A DNA stretch of 37,464 nucleotides from assembly GCA_044222475.1 (NCBI GenBank), contig JBGANF010000079.1, positions 1 through 37,464 of the forward strand, read 5' to 3'. Below are positions 1 through 8,799 of this stretch, piece after piece. This stretch comes from Polyangiaceae bacterium (lineage in GTDB: Bacteria; Myxococcota_A; Polyangia; Polyangiales; Polyangiaceae). A program made the position numbers and the translations under genes. A model generated the notes under the pieces. It ran no database searches and had not been told where the DNA came from. It saw only the letters and a list, made by a program, of their open reading frames with translations. Each line of letters starts with the position of its first letter. Position 1 is the first letter of the stretch.

Positions 1-765
1 GCGCGGTCGTTCCAGCCGAACCCGGATGGGTACGATCCCGAGTATCACGCGCAGCTCGCGCTCGACTCCGGCTGCAACGGCTACGCGGCGCCGCTCGGCT
101 TCATCGAGGCCGTGGCGGACAAGTACGCCGGGCAGATCCCTTTGATCCTGAAGCTGAACAACTCCGACACGTTGGCGAAGATGGATCAGCCGATCTCGGC
201 GCTGACCGGTTGCGTCAAGGACGCGCAACGCCTCGGCTGCGTCGCGATTGGCTACACGATCTACCCGGGCTCCGGGCAGCGCAACCGCATGTACGAGGAT
301 CTTCGTCACCTGATCCACGAAGCGAAGGACGTGGGTCTGCCGACGATCCTGTGGGCATACCCGCGCGGTGCGGGTCTGTCGAAGGACGGCGAGACCGCAG
401 CCGACGTCACCGCGTACGCCGCTCAGATCGCGGCGCAGCTCGGTGCGCACGTGATCAAGATCAAGCCGCCGAAAGATCACGTCGAGCAGGCCGAGGCGAA
501 GAAGGTGTTCGAGAAGTACGCGATCCCGACGAAGACGCTGTCGGACCGCGTGCGTCACTGCGTGCAGAGCGCCTTCAACGGAAAGCGCATCGTCATCTTC
601 AGCGGCGGCGAGGCGAAGGGGACCGACGAGCTCCTCGCCGAGGTGAAGGAGATCGCGAAGGGCGGCGCCTTCGGCTCGATCATGGGACGCAACGCGTTCC
701 AGCGGCCGCGCCCCGAGGCGCTGAAGCTCCTGGGCGACGTGATGAAGATCTTCAAAGAGGCATAG
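1..765 (+). CDS. fbaB: Class I fructose-bisphosphate aldolase (DhnA/FbaB family), 5' end outside window
   Basis: Frame open from base 1 (ARSFQPNPDGYDPEYH...). Motifs ILKLN, GYTIYPGS, WAYPRG, AYAAQIAAQLGAHVIKIK (Schiff-base Lys), IFSGG and GRNAFQ. Confidence 0.9.
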   Translation, partial: ARSFQPNPDGYDPEYHAQLALDSGCNGYAAPLGFIEAVADKYAGQIPLILKLNNSDTLAKMDQPISALTGCVKDAQRLGCVAIGYTIYPGSGQRNRMYEDLRHLIHEAKDVGLPTILWAYPRGAGLSKDGETAADVTAYAAQIAAQLGAHVIKIKPPKDHVEQAEAKKVFEKYAIPTKTLSDRVRHCVQSAFNGKRIVIFSGGEAKGTDELLAEVKEIAKGGAFGSIMGRNAFQRPRPEALKLLGDVMKIFKEA

Positions 766-773
766 AGTCTTCT

Positions 774-1775
774 TTGCGCCTCGCGCCGATCGCTGCGGGG
801 TTCTTGGTCGCGGTGCTCGGCGTCGCGGCGGCGTGCAGCCCTTCCGCCAACGCGCCGGCGAAGCGCCCCGGCGGTGGGCCGGCGGGCGCGAGCGGCGACG
901 GTGGGACCGAGCCATCGCCGACCGCCGCCGAGGCGCTGCGCACCGTCGAGCTCGAGTTCGCGATCCAGGGCCGACCGTTTCCGCTGCCGTTGGTCAAGGC
1001 GTCGGTCGCAGGGACCGATACGATCGCGTTGATCGATACCGGCGCGAACTCGACGGTGATCGCGGGGTGGCTGGCGCGCAAGACGAACCTCACGCTGCAG
1101 CGGTTCGGCGATACGGGCACCGATCACACCGGGAAGTCGATCGAGACGCGACGCGCGCTGCATCCGGCGGTGGCGATCGACGGCTGGGGCTCGTTGCCGG
1201 ACGAGCCGCTCCTGGTGACCGACGTCCCCGACGCGGTGACCAAGCTGGGCATCGGCTTGTTCATCTCGCCGCAGAAGCTCGCGGGCAACGGTGAAGCGAT
1301 CGTGCTCGATTTCCCGCACAAGGAGATGCGTGCGGTGAAGCGCGGGTCCTCGCTCGGTACGTTGGGCGCGGCGCTGACGCTGGATCCGGTGGCGTTCTGC
1401 GAGGACAAAGAGAGCCCGATTCAGGGGCTCGCGTTCGTGCTGTCGGCGACGATCGACGGCGAATCGGTGAAGCTGCTCGTCGACACGGGCGCGCACCACT
1501 CGGACTTGCTCATGTCGTCGCCGCCCGGCGTGAAGCTGCTGCCGCGGGCCGTCGACTCGAAGGAACAAGTCTACGCCGCGTCCGGCAAGGTGACGCCGAA
1601 GACGTTGAAGGACGTCACCGTCACGGTGGGTGCGGTCGAAGGGAAGTTCGACGTCGATCTGATCCCCGGCAAGAAGGACGACTTCTGTCCGCGGGACGGC
1701 GTGCTCGCGATGGATGTGCTCGCGAAGTGCGAGCTGCTCCTGGAGCCGGGCAGGTTCGTGGGTCAGTGTCGCTGA
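774..1775 (+). CDS. Lipoprotein with two retropepsin-like aspartyl protease domains
   Basis: C-terminal part of ORF 210..1775; TTG start at 774 inferred. Signal peptide ending AAAC. Two catalytic-type motifs LIDTGA and LVDTGA, plus C-terminal DGVLAMDVL. Confidence 0.75.
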   Translation: MRLAPIAAGFLVAVLGVAAACSPSANAPAKRPGGGPAGASGDGGTEPSPTAAEALRTVELEFAIQGRPFPLPLVKASVAGTDTIALIDTGANSTVIAGWLARKTNLTLQRFGDTGTDHTGKSIETRRALHPAVAIDGWGSLPDEPLLVTDVPDAVTKLGIGLFISPQKLAGNGEAIVLDFPHKEMRAVKRGSSLGTLGAALTLDPVAFCEDKESPIQGLAFVLSATIDGESVKLLVDTGAHHSDLLMSSPPGVKLLPRAVDSKEQVYAASGKVTPKTLKDVTVTVGAVEGKFDVDLIPGKKDDFCPRDGVLAMDVLAKCELLLEPGRFVGQCR

Positions 1776-1776
1776 T

Positions 1777-2646
1777 CTACCCGGGGCAGCCCGACGACAC
1801 CTTCAGCGCGTCGTAGGCCATCCAACCAAAACGTTTCGTGCCTCCGTCGCTCGACCGGATGTAGCCGTAGACGAACTTCATCGACCCGCTGCGCTTCGTG
1901 TAGTGGCCGTTGCCCGCGTCGACCCAGAGCGGGATGTCGATCGACGGCCGACCGCTCTTCGTCGGTACGTCCACCCGCTGAAACTTGGAGCCCGCCGGGA
2001 AGTGATCCGTGACCGCACCGCCGAGAGAGAATCCCGGCACGCTGAAGACCAGGTTCGCCGAGACTTTGCCGTTGTTGCGCTCGAGCGGCAGGTAGTCTCC
2101 GGCGCGCTCGTGCGTCGACTCGCTGTCGTAGACGACCTTCTTGAGCTCGATGCTCTTGTCGTACGTCGTGCGGATCTCGTAGCAGCCCAGCTTGCCTTGT
2201 CCGGGATCCTTCGCGTCCACGTTGCCGATCTTGGCGCGCAGCGATGACTCGTGAACCACGTGGTCGGCGGGGAACCACGCCGCACTCCCGTTCGCCGTCG
2301 ACATCGCGAGGAAATGGGTCTTGCCCGCGAGGTAGCGCGTCTGTCCGTAGTTGAACTTGAGCTTCGTCGCGCCCTGCGTCACCAGCGCCGTTCCGTTGCC
2401 GTCGCGCACCGATGCGCCTCCTTCGACCGCCCACGAATCGTCACCGTCGGCCGTGAGCACACGCGGCCCACCCGTCGCTCGAAACGCGCAGTTGTAGGGG
2501 CTCGCGATGCACTTCGAGCCGTTGACGCCGGTGCTGAGCTCTCCGGAGAGATCGTCGACCTCGTCCTCGGGTTCGGCCGCGCTGCAGCCGTACGTGCCGC
2601 AAGCAACCATGGCGAAGGCGAAAGCGATGCCGTGAGCGAGCTTCAT
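1777..2646 (-). CDS. Hypothetical secreted lipoprotein
   Basis: Signal peptide with Cys followed by an acidic linker (CSAAEPEDEVDDLSGELS); strong GC3 codon bias; no family recognised. Confidence 0.7.
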   Translation of the reverse strand: MKLAHGIAFAFAMVACGTYGCSAAEPEDEVDDLSGELSTGVNGSKCIASPYNCAFRATGGPRVLTADGDDSWAVEGGASVRDGNGTALVTQGATKLKFNYGQTRYLAGKTHFLAMSTANGSAAWFPADHVVHESSLRAKIGNVDAKDPGQGKLGCYEIRTTYDKSIELKKVVYDSESTHERAGDYLPLERNNGKVSANLVFSVPGFSLGGAVTDHFPAGSKFQRVDVPTKSGRPSIDIPLWVDAGNGHYTKRSGSMKFVYGYIRSSDGGTKRFGWMAYDALKVSSGCPG

Positions 2647-2658
2647 GCCCTCCCCTTC

Positions 2659-2674
2659 AGCAATCGACGTGCCC
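2659..2674 (-). promoter_or_regulatory. Putative sigma-54 (-24/-12) promoter of the 1777..2646 gene
   Basis: Minus strand GGGCACG-TCGA-TTGCT matches TGGCACG-N4-TTGCW with exact GG-N10-GC spacing. Confidence 0.6.
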
Positions 2675-2686
2675 GGCCGGTTGCCG

Positions 2687-2706
2687 CGAATTTCCCGAGA
2701 AATTCG
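2687..2706. repeat. AT-rich perfect inverted repeat (hairpin or protein-binding site)
   Basis: CGAATTTC-ccga-GAAATTCG, between the radical SAM stop codon and the sigma-54 motif. Confidence 0.6.
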
Positions 2707-2742
2707 GCTACTTCAGCGGATCGCGCGCGATCCGCTGGTCCG

Positions 2743-4662
2743 TCAGCCGTTGACGACGTTGAGCCGGCGGCGCGTCTTCGCTTCGCGCTTTTCGGCGTCG
2801 CGCGCCGCGCGCGCGACCGCCGACGGCGGGAGCTTCACCGTGCCGAGCCCCTGGGGCAGCGCGAGCTCCTGGTTCTTCGCGTACACCGGATGCCGACCCT
2901 TGGCCTTGTACCACTCGGCCACGGTGGCGTTCGCCTTCATCTGCTCGATGACGTTTCGCCAACCGACGCCGGTGTTGTACGCGCAGAACGAGATCTCTCC
3001 CATCTGCGTCCCGTACGGGATGATGCACATCTCGGTGCGGCGGAAGTCGTAGTTGAACAGATCCTGGAACCACATGCCGGCGACGAACAGAACGCGCCAC
3101 TCGAACTCGTTCGCGTCGCTCTCGAACTCGCCGAGCGCCTTGCCGCGCGTGCCGGTCTGGCTGCGGAACTGGCGCATGAGATCGGCGAACGTGTATCCGG
3201 GCGGCGCCTTGTCGGCCTTGAAGTTCTTCAGCAGCGCCATCGCCGTCTGCGCCAGCATCACCGGCTGAGCCTGCGCGCCGTCGGTGATGTCACCGATGTC
3301 GAGCAGGAGCTGATCCATGTCGAGGAACTGGCTCAGCGGCACCATCTGCTTCGTCTTCTTGTTCACGAAGAGGATCGTGCCCATCCCGCAGTTCGGGTGA
3401 CAGCCGCAGTTGAGCGCGCCGAGGTTCGTCGAGGGATCCTGGAGAAGATCGGCCAGATCGCTGAACGGCCCCATCGCCGAGAGCGGGAACCAGTCCCGCA
3501 GCGGCTCGGTCACGCCGGTCTGGTCCTTCACGTCGTGGGCGAGGTGCGACAGCGTGTAGCGCTGCGCGATGCGCGTCTCGTCGGTCACGTCTTCGTCGCG
3601 GCCGGTGAAGCTCACCGGCTGGAACGACACGACGGTCACCTTGTCCGCGTTCGCGATCGCGAAATCGAGGATCGGGCCGACCTGGTCGTTGTTCACGCCG
3701 TTGACGACCGTGACGACGAGGACGACGTCGATGCCGGCGGCGTGGAGGTTCTCGATCGCGCGCTGCTTCACGTCGAAGAGGTTGCCGACCTTGCGGTGGG
3801 AGTTCGCTTCGTTCGTCACGCCGTCGAACTGGAGGTACGCGAGCCGCAGCCCGGCCTCTTTCGCCTGTTTGCAGAACTCGCGGTCCTGGGCGAACTTGAT
3901 GCCGTTCGTGGCGCACTGCACGCAGAAGTAACCCACGTCGCGCGCGTATTTCACCGCGCGCAGGAAGTGGGGCGACAGCGTGGGCTCGCCTCCCGAGAAC
4001 TGCACCGAGAGCTGGCGACGCGGCTTGATGGTGAGCGAGTCGTCGAGGATCTGTTGGACTTCGGCCCACTCGAGCTCGTGGACGTAGCCGACCTGATTCG
4101 CGTCCATGAAGCACGGGTCGCACATCATGTTGCAGCGGTTCGTGAGATCGACGGTGAGGACGCTGCCGCGGCCGTACTTCACGCTCGACGTTCCGTGGTT
4201 GCGGAGCTTCGTGAGCGGCGCGAGGAAATCACGACCGGGGTAGAGCTTCTCGATCCGCTGCGTGAACGCGGGATCGATGCTCATCACGTCCTCGAAGACG
4301 CCGTGCTTCGGGCACTCCTTGACCATGAGGAGCTCGCCGTCGCGTTCGAGGATCGTCGCGCGGATCTCGCCGGGTTTGCCGTCGACGAGGTGCGACAGCT
4401 CACGCTCGCCGCTGAGGATCTCCGTCCGGACTTCCTTGACGCACTTGGGGCAGAGCGAGTCGGTCTGGCGGGGCCATCCGAGCTCGGGCTTCGTCTTTTC
4501 GCGGCGCTTGAGCAGCGGTGCGGGGGCCCACTTCGGTTGCGGCGACGGGCGCTCGAAACGCTCGTTGTAGCGCTGGACGAGCGGCCAGGCCGCCTGAGCC
4601 GCGCGGGAAGCCGCGCGCTGGACACCGGTCGAGAGCTTGGTCCGAATGCCGAAGGAATTCAT
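2743..4662 (-). CDS. tes: Radical SAM protein, tetraether lipid synthase (Tes / GDGT-MAS, MJ0619) family
   Basis: Rubredoxin-like SLCPKC...[22 protein letters not shown] (CxxxCxxC); [40 protein letters not shown]...MCIIPY...SFCAYN. The family call is strong; the activity is unproven. Confidence 0.8.
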   Translation of the reverse strand: MNSFGIRTKLSTGVQRAASRAAQAAWPLVQRYNERFERPSPQPKWAPAPLLKRREKTKPELGWPRQTDSLCPKCVKEVRTEILSGERELSHLVDGKPGEIRATILERDGELLMVKECPKHGVFEDVMSIDPAFTQRIEKLYPGRDFLAPLTKLRNHGTSSVKYGRGSVLTVDLTNRCNMMCDPCFMDANQVGYVHELEWAEVQQILDDSLTIKPRRQLSVQFSGGEPTLSPHFLRAVKYARDVGYFCVQCATNGIKFAQDREFCKQAKEAGLRLAYLQFDGVTNEANSHRKVGNLFDVKQRAIENLHAAGIDVVLVVTVVNGVNNDQVGPILDFAIANADKVTVVSFQPVSFTGRDEDVTDETRIAQRYTLSHLAHDVKDQTGVTEPLRDWFPLSAMGPFSDLADLLQDPSTNLGALNCGCHPNCGMGTILFVNKKTKQMVPLSQFLDMDQLLLDIGDITDGAQAQPVMLAQTAMALLKNFKADKAPPGYTFADLMRQFRSQTGTRGKALGEFESDANEFEWRVLFVAGMWFQDLFNYDFRRTEMCIIPYGTQMGEISFCAYNTGVGWRNVIEQMKANATVAEWYKAKGRHPVYAKNQELALPQGLGTVKLPPSAVARAARDAEKREAKTRRRLNVVNG

Positions 4663-4735
4663 TCAGGTAGGTACCATAATCCATGTGGGCTCCCGTCCAA
4701 AGTCCCTTCCCGGTACCCTCCCGGTCCGGAACCCC

Positions 4736-5149
4736 ATGAAATCTCACACCGAGTACCTGACCTTCGAGACGAAGAAGAAGCGCGACCTCGTGCACCTCAC
4801 CCCCATCCTGGACACGATCCTGGCCAAGGCCGGCATCGCCGAGGGGTTCATGCTGGTGAGCGCGATGCACATCACGGCAGGCGTCTTCGTGAACGACGAC
4901 GAGAGCGGGCTCCACCGCGACATCTGGAAGTGGCTCGAGCACCTCGCCCCCGAGGGACCCGACTACGAGCACCACCGTACCGGCGAGGACAACGGGCACG
5001 CGCACCTGAAATCGATGCTGGTGCACCACGAGGTGACGGTCCCGATCACGGCGGGGAAGCTGGACCTCGGGCCATGGCAGCGCGTTTTCTACGCAGAATT
5101 CGATGGGATGCGGAAGAAGCGCCTGATCGTGAAGACGCTCGGCTATTGA
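4736..5149 (+). CDS. yjbQ: YjbQ / UPF0047 family protein (secondary thiamine-phosphate synthase-like)
   Basis: [26 protein letters not shown] and [19 protein letters not shown] at 4736. Confidence 0.9.
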   Translation: MKSHTEYLTFETKKKRDLVHLTPILDTILAKAGIAEGFMLVSAMHITAGVFVNDDESGLHRDIWKWLEHLAPEGPDYEHHRTGEDNGHAHLKSMLVHHEVTVPITAGKLDLGPWQRVFYAEFDGMRKKRLIVKTLGY

Positions 5150-6630
5150 TGCCCCACCCGATCGTTAGCATGGCGACGAAGTGGTTCAGAAAAGGGGGTC
5201 TCGCGGCGCTTCTCGCCGCGGCATGCGCCCCAGCCGTCACCGGCGCAGGCGGAAAGAGCTCCCCCGACGCCGACTCGACCGCTGCGTTCTACGCCGACGA
5301 GCGCAACGTCCTCGGCCTCCTCGCCGCGACGGACCCGCGGATCGCACGGCGGACCGGCATCGAGCCCTCCGCCGACCAGTCCGGCAAAGCGGTTCTCGGC
5401 GCCATCCTCGCCGAAGATCCCAACGCGGCGCTCGAGGCGAACCGAACCGACCTCTTCTCCTTCGACGTCCGCGCCCGTGGCCTCGCCGAAGCGCGCAAGA
5501 GCCTCGCGAAATACACCTCGCCCGTCGCCGACCCCCACCCAAACGACGGCCGGCGACCCGACCTCGAGCTCGTCCTCCTGCGTCGCCTCCTCGACGAAGA
5601 GGACGCGCGGCTCACCGAGGAACGACACCTGCCTCAATCCGGTGCCATCCTCGTTCGCGCGGCTGCGGCGACGTGGAGCCCACCTCGAACCGCCGCCGAC
5701 CTCGAGCAACGAGACGCCTGGTTCGCCACCCGCATCGAGAGCCTCCGCACGAGCCTCGCTCCGAAGTCGTTGCGCGCTGCCGACATCGCCGACCTCGAAG
5801 ATGCGCTCGACCCGCTCGAGCGCGTCGCGTTCGGCGACGGCACGCCGTACGCCAAGTCCCACGCGGCGTTCACCGACCTGCGCATCGCGCTCGGGTCGCT
5901 CGCCGCAGGCCCCGGCCCCGATCCCCAGGCGACGCGCACCGCTCTCGTCGGAGGGCTCAAGGCCCACCTCGGTGTGACGCTGTCCCCCGAGACGCTCGCG
6001 CGCATCTTCGAGACCGCCGCCGCGAGCCTCGAGCGGAGCATCGCCGACCTCGTCGGCGCAAAGCTCACCGATGCACGGTTCGAGACCGAAGCGCGCTCTC
6101 TCCTCGATCCCGCCCCCTGCACGTTCCGGGCGCCGACGATCCTGCGCAAGGCCACTCCGCCACCGGAGCGCGCCCTCGCCTGCATCCTCCCGGCCCGTGC
6201 CGAGAAGGCGAAGACCTCCGACGAGCTCGTCGGCGTCCTCGCTCAGGCTCACACCGCGCTCGTCGTCGGGAGCTGGGCGCTGTGGAACGTCGCCGGGGCC
6301 GACGCCGTGAAACCCGCCGCCGATCACGCGAAGACGCTGCGGCCGCTCCCACAGGATCTCGTCGCACGCCTCGAACGCCGGGCGCTGACCATGCCGGTCG
6401 CCGCCGTGGGAAACGCCCTCGTCGCCGAGTGGTTGTACCGAGACGGGATGACGGCATCCACGTCTCGCGGCCTCGCGTGGATGGTCTTCGGCGACGCGCC
6501 GTTCGACCTGCTCGAGCGCGAGCTCCACCCTCACGCGATCGTTCCCCAGAAGCCGCCGGTCGTCACGGTCACCGACGGCCCCGCGCCGTCGGGGTCGTAC
6601 ACGTCCATCCCCGTGACGCCCATCAAGTGA
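5149..6630 (+). CDS. Hypothetical lipoprotein
   Basis: C-terminal part of ORF 2251..6630. TGATG overlap with the yjbQ stop (alternative ATG at 5170); lipobox LLAAAC. Confidence 0.65.
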   Translation: MPHPIVSMATKWFRKGGLAALLAAACAPAVTGAGGKSSPDADSTAAFYADERNVLGLLAATDPRIARRTGIEPSADQSGKAVLGAILAEDPNAALEANRTDLFSFDVRARGLAEARKSLAKYTSPVADPHPNDGRRPDLELVLLRRLLDEEDARLTEERHLPQSGAILVRAAAATWSPPRTAADLEQRDAWFATRIESLRTSLAPKSLRAADIADLEDALDPLERVAFGDGTPYAKSHAAFTDLRIALGSLAAGPGPDPQATRTALVGGLKAHLGVTLSPETLARIFETAAASLERSIADLVGAKLTDARFETEARSLLDPAPCTFRAPTILRKATPPPERALACILPARAEKAKTSDELVGVLAQAHTALVVGSWALWNVAGADAVKPAADHAKTLRPLPQDLVARLERRALTMPVAAVGNALVAEWLYRDGMTASTSRGLAWMVFGDAPFDLLERELHPHAIVPQKPPVVTVTDGPAPSGSYTSIPVTPIK

Positions 6631-6633
6631 CGC

Positions 6634-7647
6634 ATGAGCTTCGAGGACCTCCGCGCGAAGTCGGCGACCGAGCTCGAAGCTCTGCTCGAAGCCGGCGACG
6701 CCCAGGAGCGACTCTGGGCCGCATGGGCCCTCGCGCTCCGCTCGTGCGCACGATCCGAAGCGGTGGAGCACTTCGAGCACGAGCCACACGAGGGCGTCCG
6801 CGCGCACCTCGTCTACGTCGTCGCCGATCCGGCCCGACTGCCCCTCCTTCGCACGATCGCCGAGCATGACCCCTCGACGCTCGTTCGCGTGGCGGCATGC
6901 CGCGCGATCACCCGCGTGTCCGCACCAGGAGATGCCCGATGGATTGGCGCGCGGGCTGCCCTCGATCCGTCGCCCGAAGTACGCTTCACGATCATCGAGG
7001 AGATCTCGCCTGCTTCGTCATCGTTTCGAGCGATCCTCGCGCGCGCACACGACGACGACGACGAGTCGGTGCGCGTCGTCGCCGCTCGGCGCTGCGTCGA
7101 CCTGGAACTCGACATCGACGACCTCTACGCGCGCCGAGACGATCGACGCGTGCGCGCTGCGATCGAGGACGCGCTGTTCGAACGATACGGCAAGGAAGCG
7201 GCCGCGCACACGAGCGTGCCCGCGCTGCGCGTCTTGCTTCTCCATCGCGCATGCCTTTCACGGCCCGTCCCCGAAGCCGTCTTCCAACGACTCCTCCGCG
7301 AGGCCCCAGTGGCCGCGACCGAGCTCATCACCACCTCCGAATGGCTCGAGCTCACGTCGCTCTCGCTCGCCGACTGGGTCTCGATCTACGACGCGAGTGG
7401 TCGGTGGAGCGTCGCCCGGAGCATCGCGATCGAACGACTTCCGCGAGCCATCGCGGGCGCGACGCCCGAAGAACGGCGAGCGGTCGCGCCCCAGCTCGAC
7501 GCCATCGCCGGAGAGATCGAAGCCATGATCGACGAATGCGCCAGGCAACGAGAGATCGACGAAGCCTCCGGGGAGCCGTACGACGACGACGGTCCACCCG
7601 ACGCGTGGCTCCGAGCACGCGACGCGATCCGAGGCGCCCCGACATGA
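6634..7647 (+). CDS. HEAT-repeat-like helical protein
   Basis: Repeated units EPHEGVR, DPSTLVRVAA, DPSPEVR and DDDESVRVVAA. Confidence 0.65.
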   Translation: MSFEDLRAKSATELEALLEAGDAQERLWAAWALALRSCARSEAVEHFEHEPHEGVRAHLVYVVADPARLPLLRTIAEHDPSTLVRVAACRAITRVSAPGDARWIGARAALDPSPEVRFTIIEEISPASSSFRAILARAHDDDDESVRVVAARRCVDLELDIDDLYARRDDRRVRAAIEDALFERYGKEAAAHTSVPALRVLLLHRACLSRPVPEAVFQRLLREAPVAATELITTSEWLELTSLSLADWVSIYDASGRWSVARSIAIERLPRAIAGATPEERRAVAPQLDAIAGEIEAMIDECARQREIDEASGEPYDDDGPPDAWLRARDAIRGAPT

Positions 7648-8009
7648 GCCGATTCGCCTGCTGCTTCATTCTGCTCGCCGCGGCGTGCGCCACGTCGAAG
7701 TCGTCCGAACCGAACGCCGTCGCGCTCCCGCAGACGACCGCATCGGCGCTCGGCTCCGCGCGACCGATCCCGCCCCCCGCGTCGAGCGTCGAGCGCGTGA
7801 CCGGCGTCGCCGAGTGCGACGTCTACATCGCGACGTACACCGCGTGCCGCGAGAAGCTGCGCCCGATCGAGATGGCGGGCGACCTCCCGGTCTTCGAGTC
7901 CTCGCGCGCGCGCCTGATCATGCTCGCGAAGCAGCCCGAAGAAGAACGCGCGAACCTCGCCGCCGAGTGCACCGCGATGCTCGACTCGATCAAGCCGCGC
8001 TGCAAGTGA
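7644..8009 (+). CDS. Small hypothetical Cys-containing lipoprotein
   Basis: ATGA overlap with the upstream stop; MSRFACCFILLAAAC; TGVAECDVY...C...C...C pattern. Confidence 0.65.
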   Translation: MSRFACCFILLAAACATSKSSEPNAVALPQTTASALGSARPIPPPASSVERVTGVAECDVYIATYTACREKLRPIEMAGDLPVFESSRARLIMLAKQPEEERANLAAECTAMLDSIKPRCK

Positions 8010-8012
8010 CCG

Positions 8013-8690
8013 TCAATCGAGCACGACGCGCAGCGGGCGCGGACGCGAGAGCGCCGCGTCGATGTCGAGCTCGCGGCGCACGTCCGCCAGCGGCGTCGCC
8101 AGACGGTCGCGCCACGGGTAGCCGAAGATGAGCTTCGCGCGCTGACCGAGCTCCCAGCCGCGCGCCACTGCGTCGAAGCGCTCCTTCGTCTTCACGCTGG
8201 AGCGCTCGATCGCCGCGTTGAGCAACAGCGCCGACACCAGCGCAGCCGGGAGCATCCCAGGCAGCTGCGCCGCATAGACCGCTTGCAGACCGGCCTCGCC
8301 CGCCGGGTCCGGCTCGAAGCCGGTGACGACGTGCCACAGGTCGTGCGTCTCGTAGAGGTGCGCGCGCATGTACTCGGTGGCGCCGTCGTCTTCGACGCTC
8401 GGGATGGCTTCGGGCGAAAGGCCATGACGGGTCATGAACTCGCCGTACTCGCGGCCGAGGGTCCCAGCCGGCATCGCCATCAGCTCGGCCATGGTGAGCT
8501 TGCCCAGGCGGTCCCGCTTCTCGAACGCCAGCTTGGCCGCCGGCTCGCGGCCGAGGCGCTCGTAGATGGCGCGCGTCATCTTCGGATCGTTCGCCGAGTC
8601 CCGAATCTGAAAAACGCGATCGAGCTCCCGCGGATCACGCGCGAGGCGGAAGAAGAAGTACAGCGGCTTGAGGGTGCGTGCGAGCTGCAT
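8013..8690 (-). CDS. Coq4 family protein
   Basis: LMAMPAGTLGREY and ETHDLWHVVTGF...GEAGLQA (HDxxH-x11-E metal motif). Start 8690 preferred; 8699 possible. Confidence 0.8.
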   Translation of the reverse strand: MQLARTLKPLYFFFRLARDPRELDRVFQIRDSANDPKMTRAIYERLGREPAAKLAFEKRDRLGKLTMAELMAMPAGTLGREYGEFMTRHGLSPEAIPSVEDDGATEYMRAHLYETHDLWHVVTGFEPDPAGEAGLQAVYAAQLPGMLPAALVSALLLNAAIERSSVKTKERFDAVARGWELGQRAKLIFGYPWRDRLATPLADVRRELDIDAALSRPRPLRVVLD

Positions 8691-8700
8691 GAGTCCCATA

Positions 8701-8720
8701 ATGTGAACGTTTGCTCGCAT
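8701..8720. promoter_or_regulatory. Putative TetR operator O1
   Basis: ATGTGA-ACGTTTGC-TCGCAT, imperfect palindrome; 16/20 identical to O2. Confidence 0.7.
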
Positions 8721-8768
8721 CCGCTACTCGCTTTCGATTTCCCTCCGGAAGGGCTCATTTCAAGAGGA

Positions 8769-8788
8769 ATGCGACGTTTTGCTCGCAT
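8769..8788. promoter_or_regulatory. Putative TetR operator O2
   Basis: ATGCGA-CGTTTTGC-TCGCAT with perfect 6-bp arms; abuts the tetR -10 (TACCAT, 8788-8793). Confidence 0.7.
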
Positions 8789-8799
8789 ACCATCGGGCG

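Noticed and set aside
2743..4662. Radical SAM protein as MoaA or a RiPP maturase
   Set aside because: The N-terminal rubredoxin-like and C-terminal motifs fit the Tes family, and there is no precursor peptide or moa gene nearby.
2251..5148. N-terminal part of the 1459-aa plus-strand ORF 2251..6630
   Set aside because: Antisense shadow of tes and an off-frame overlap of yjbQ; only 5149..6630 looks like a real gene.
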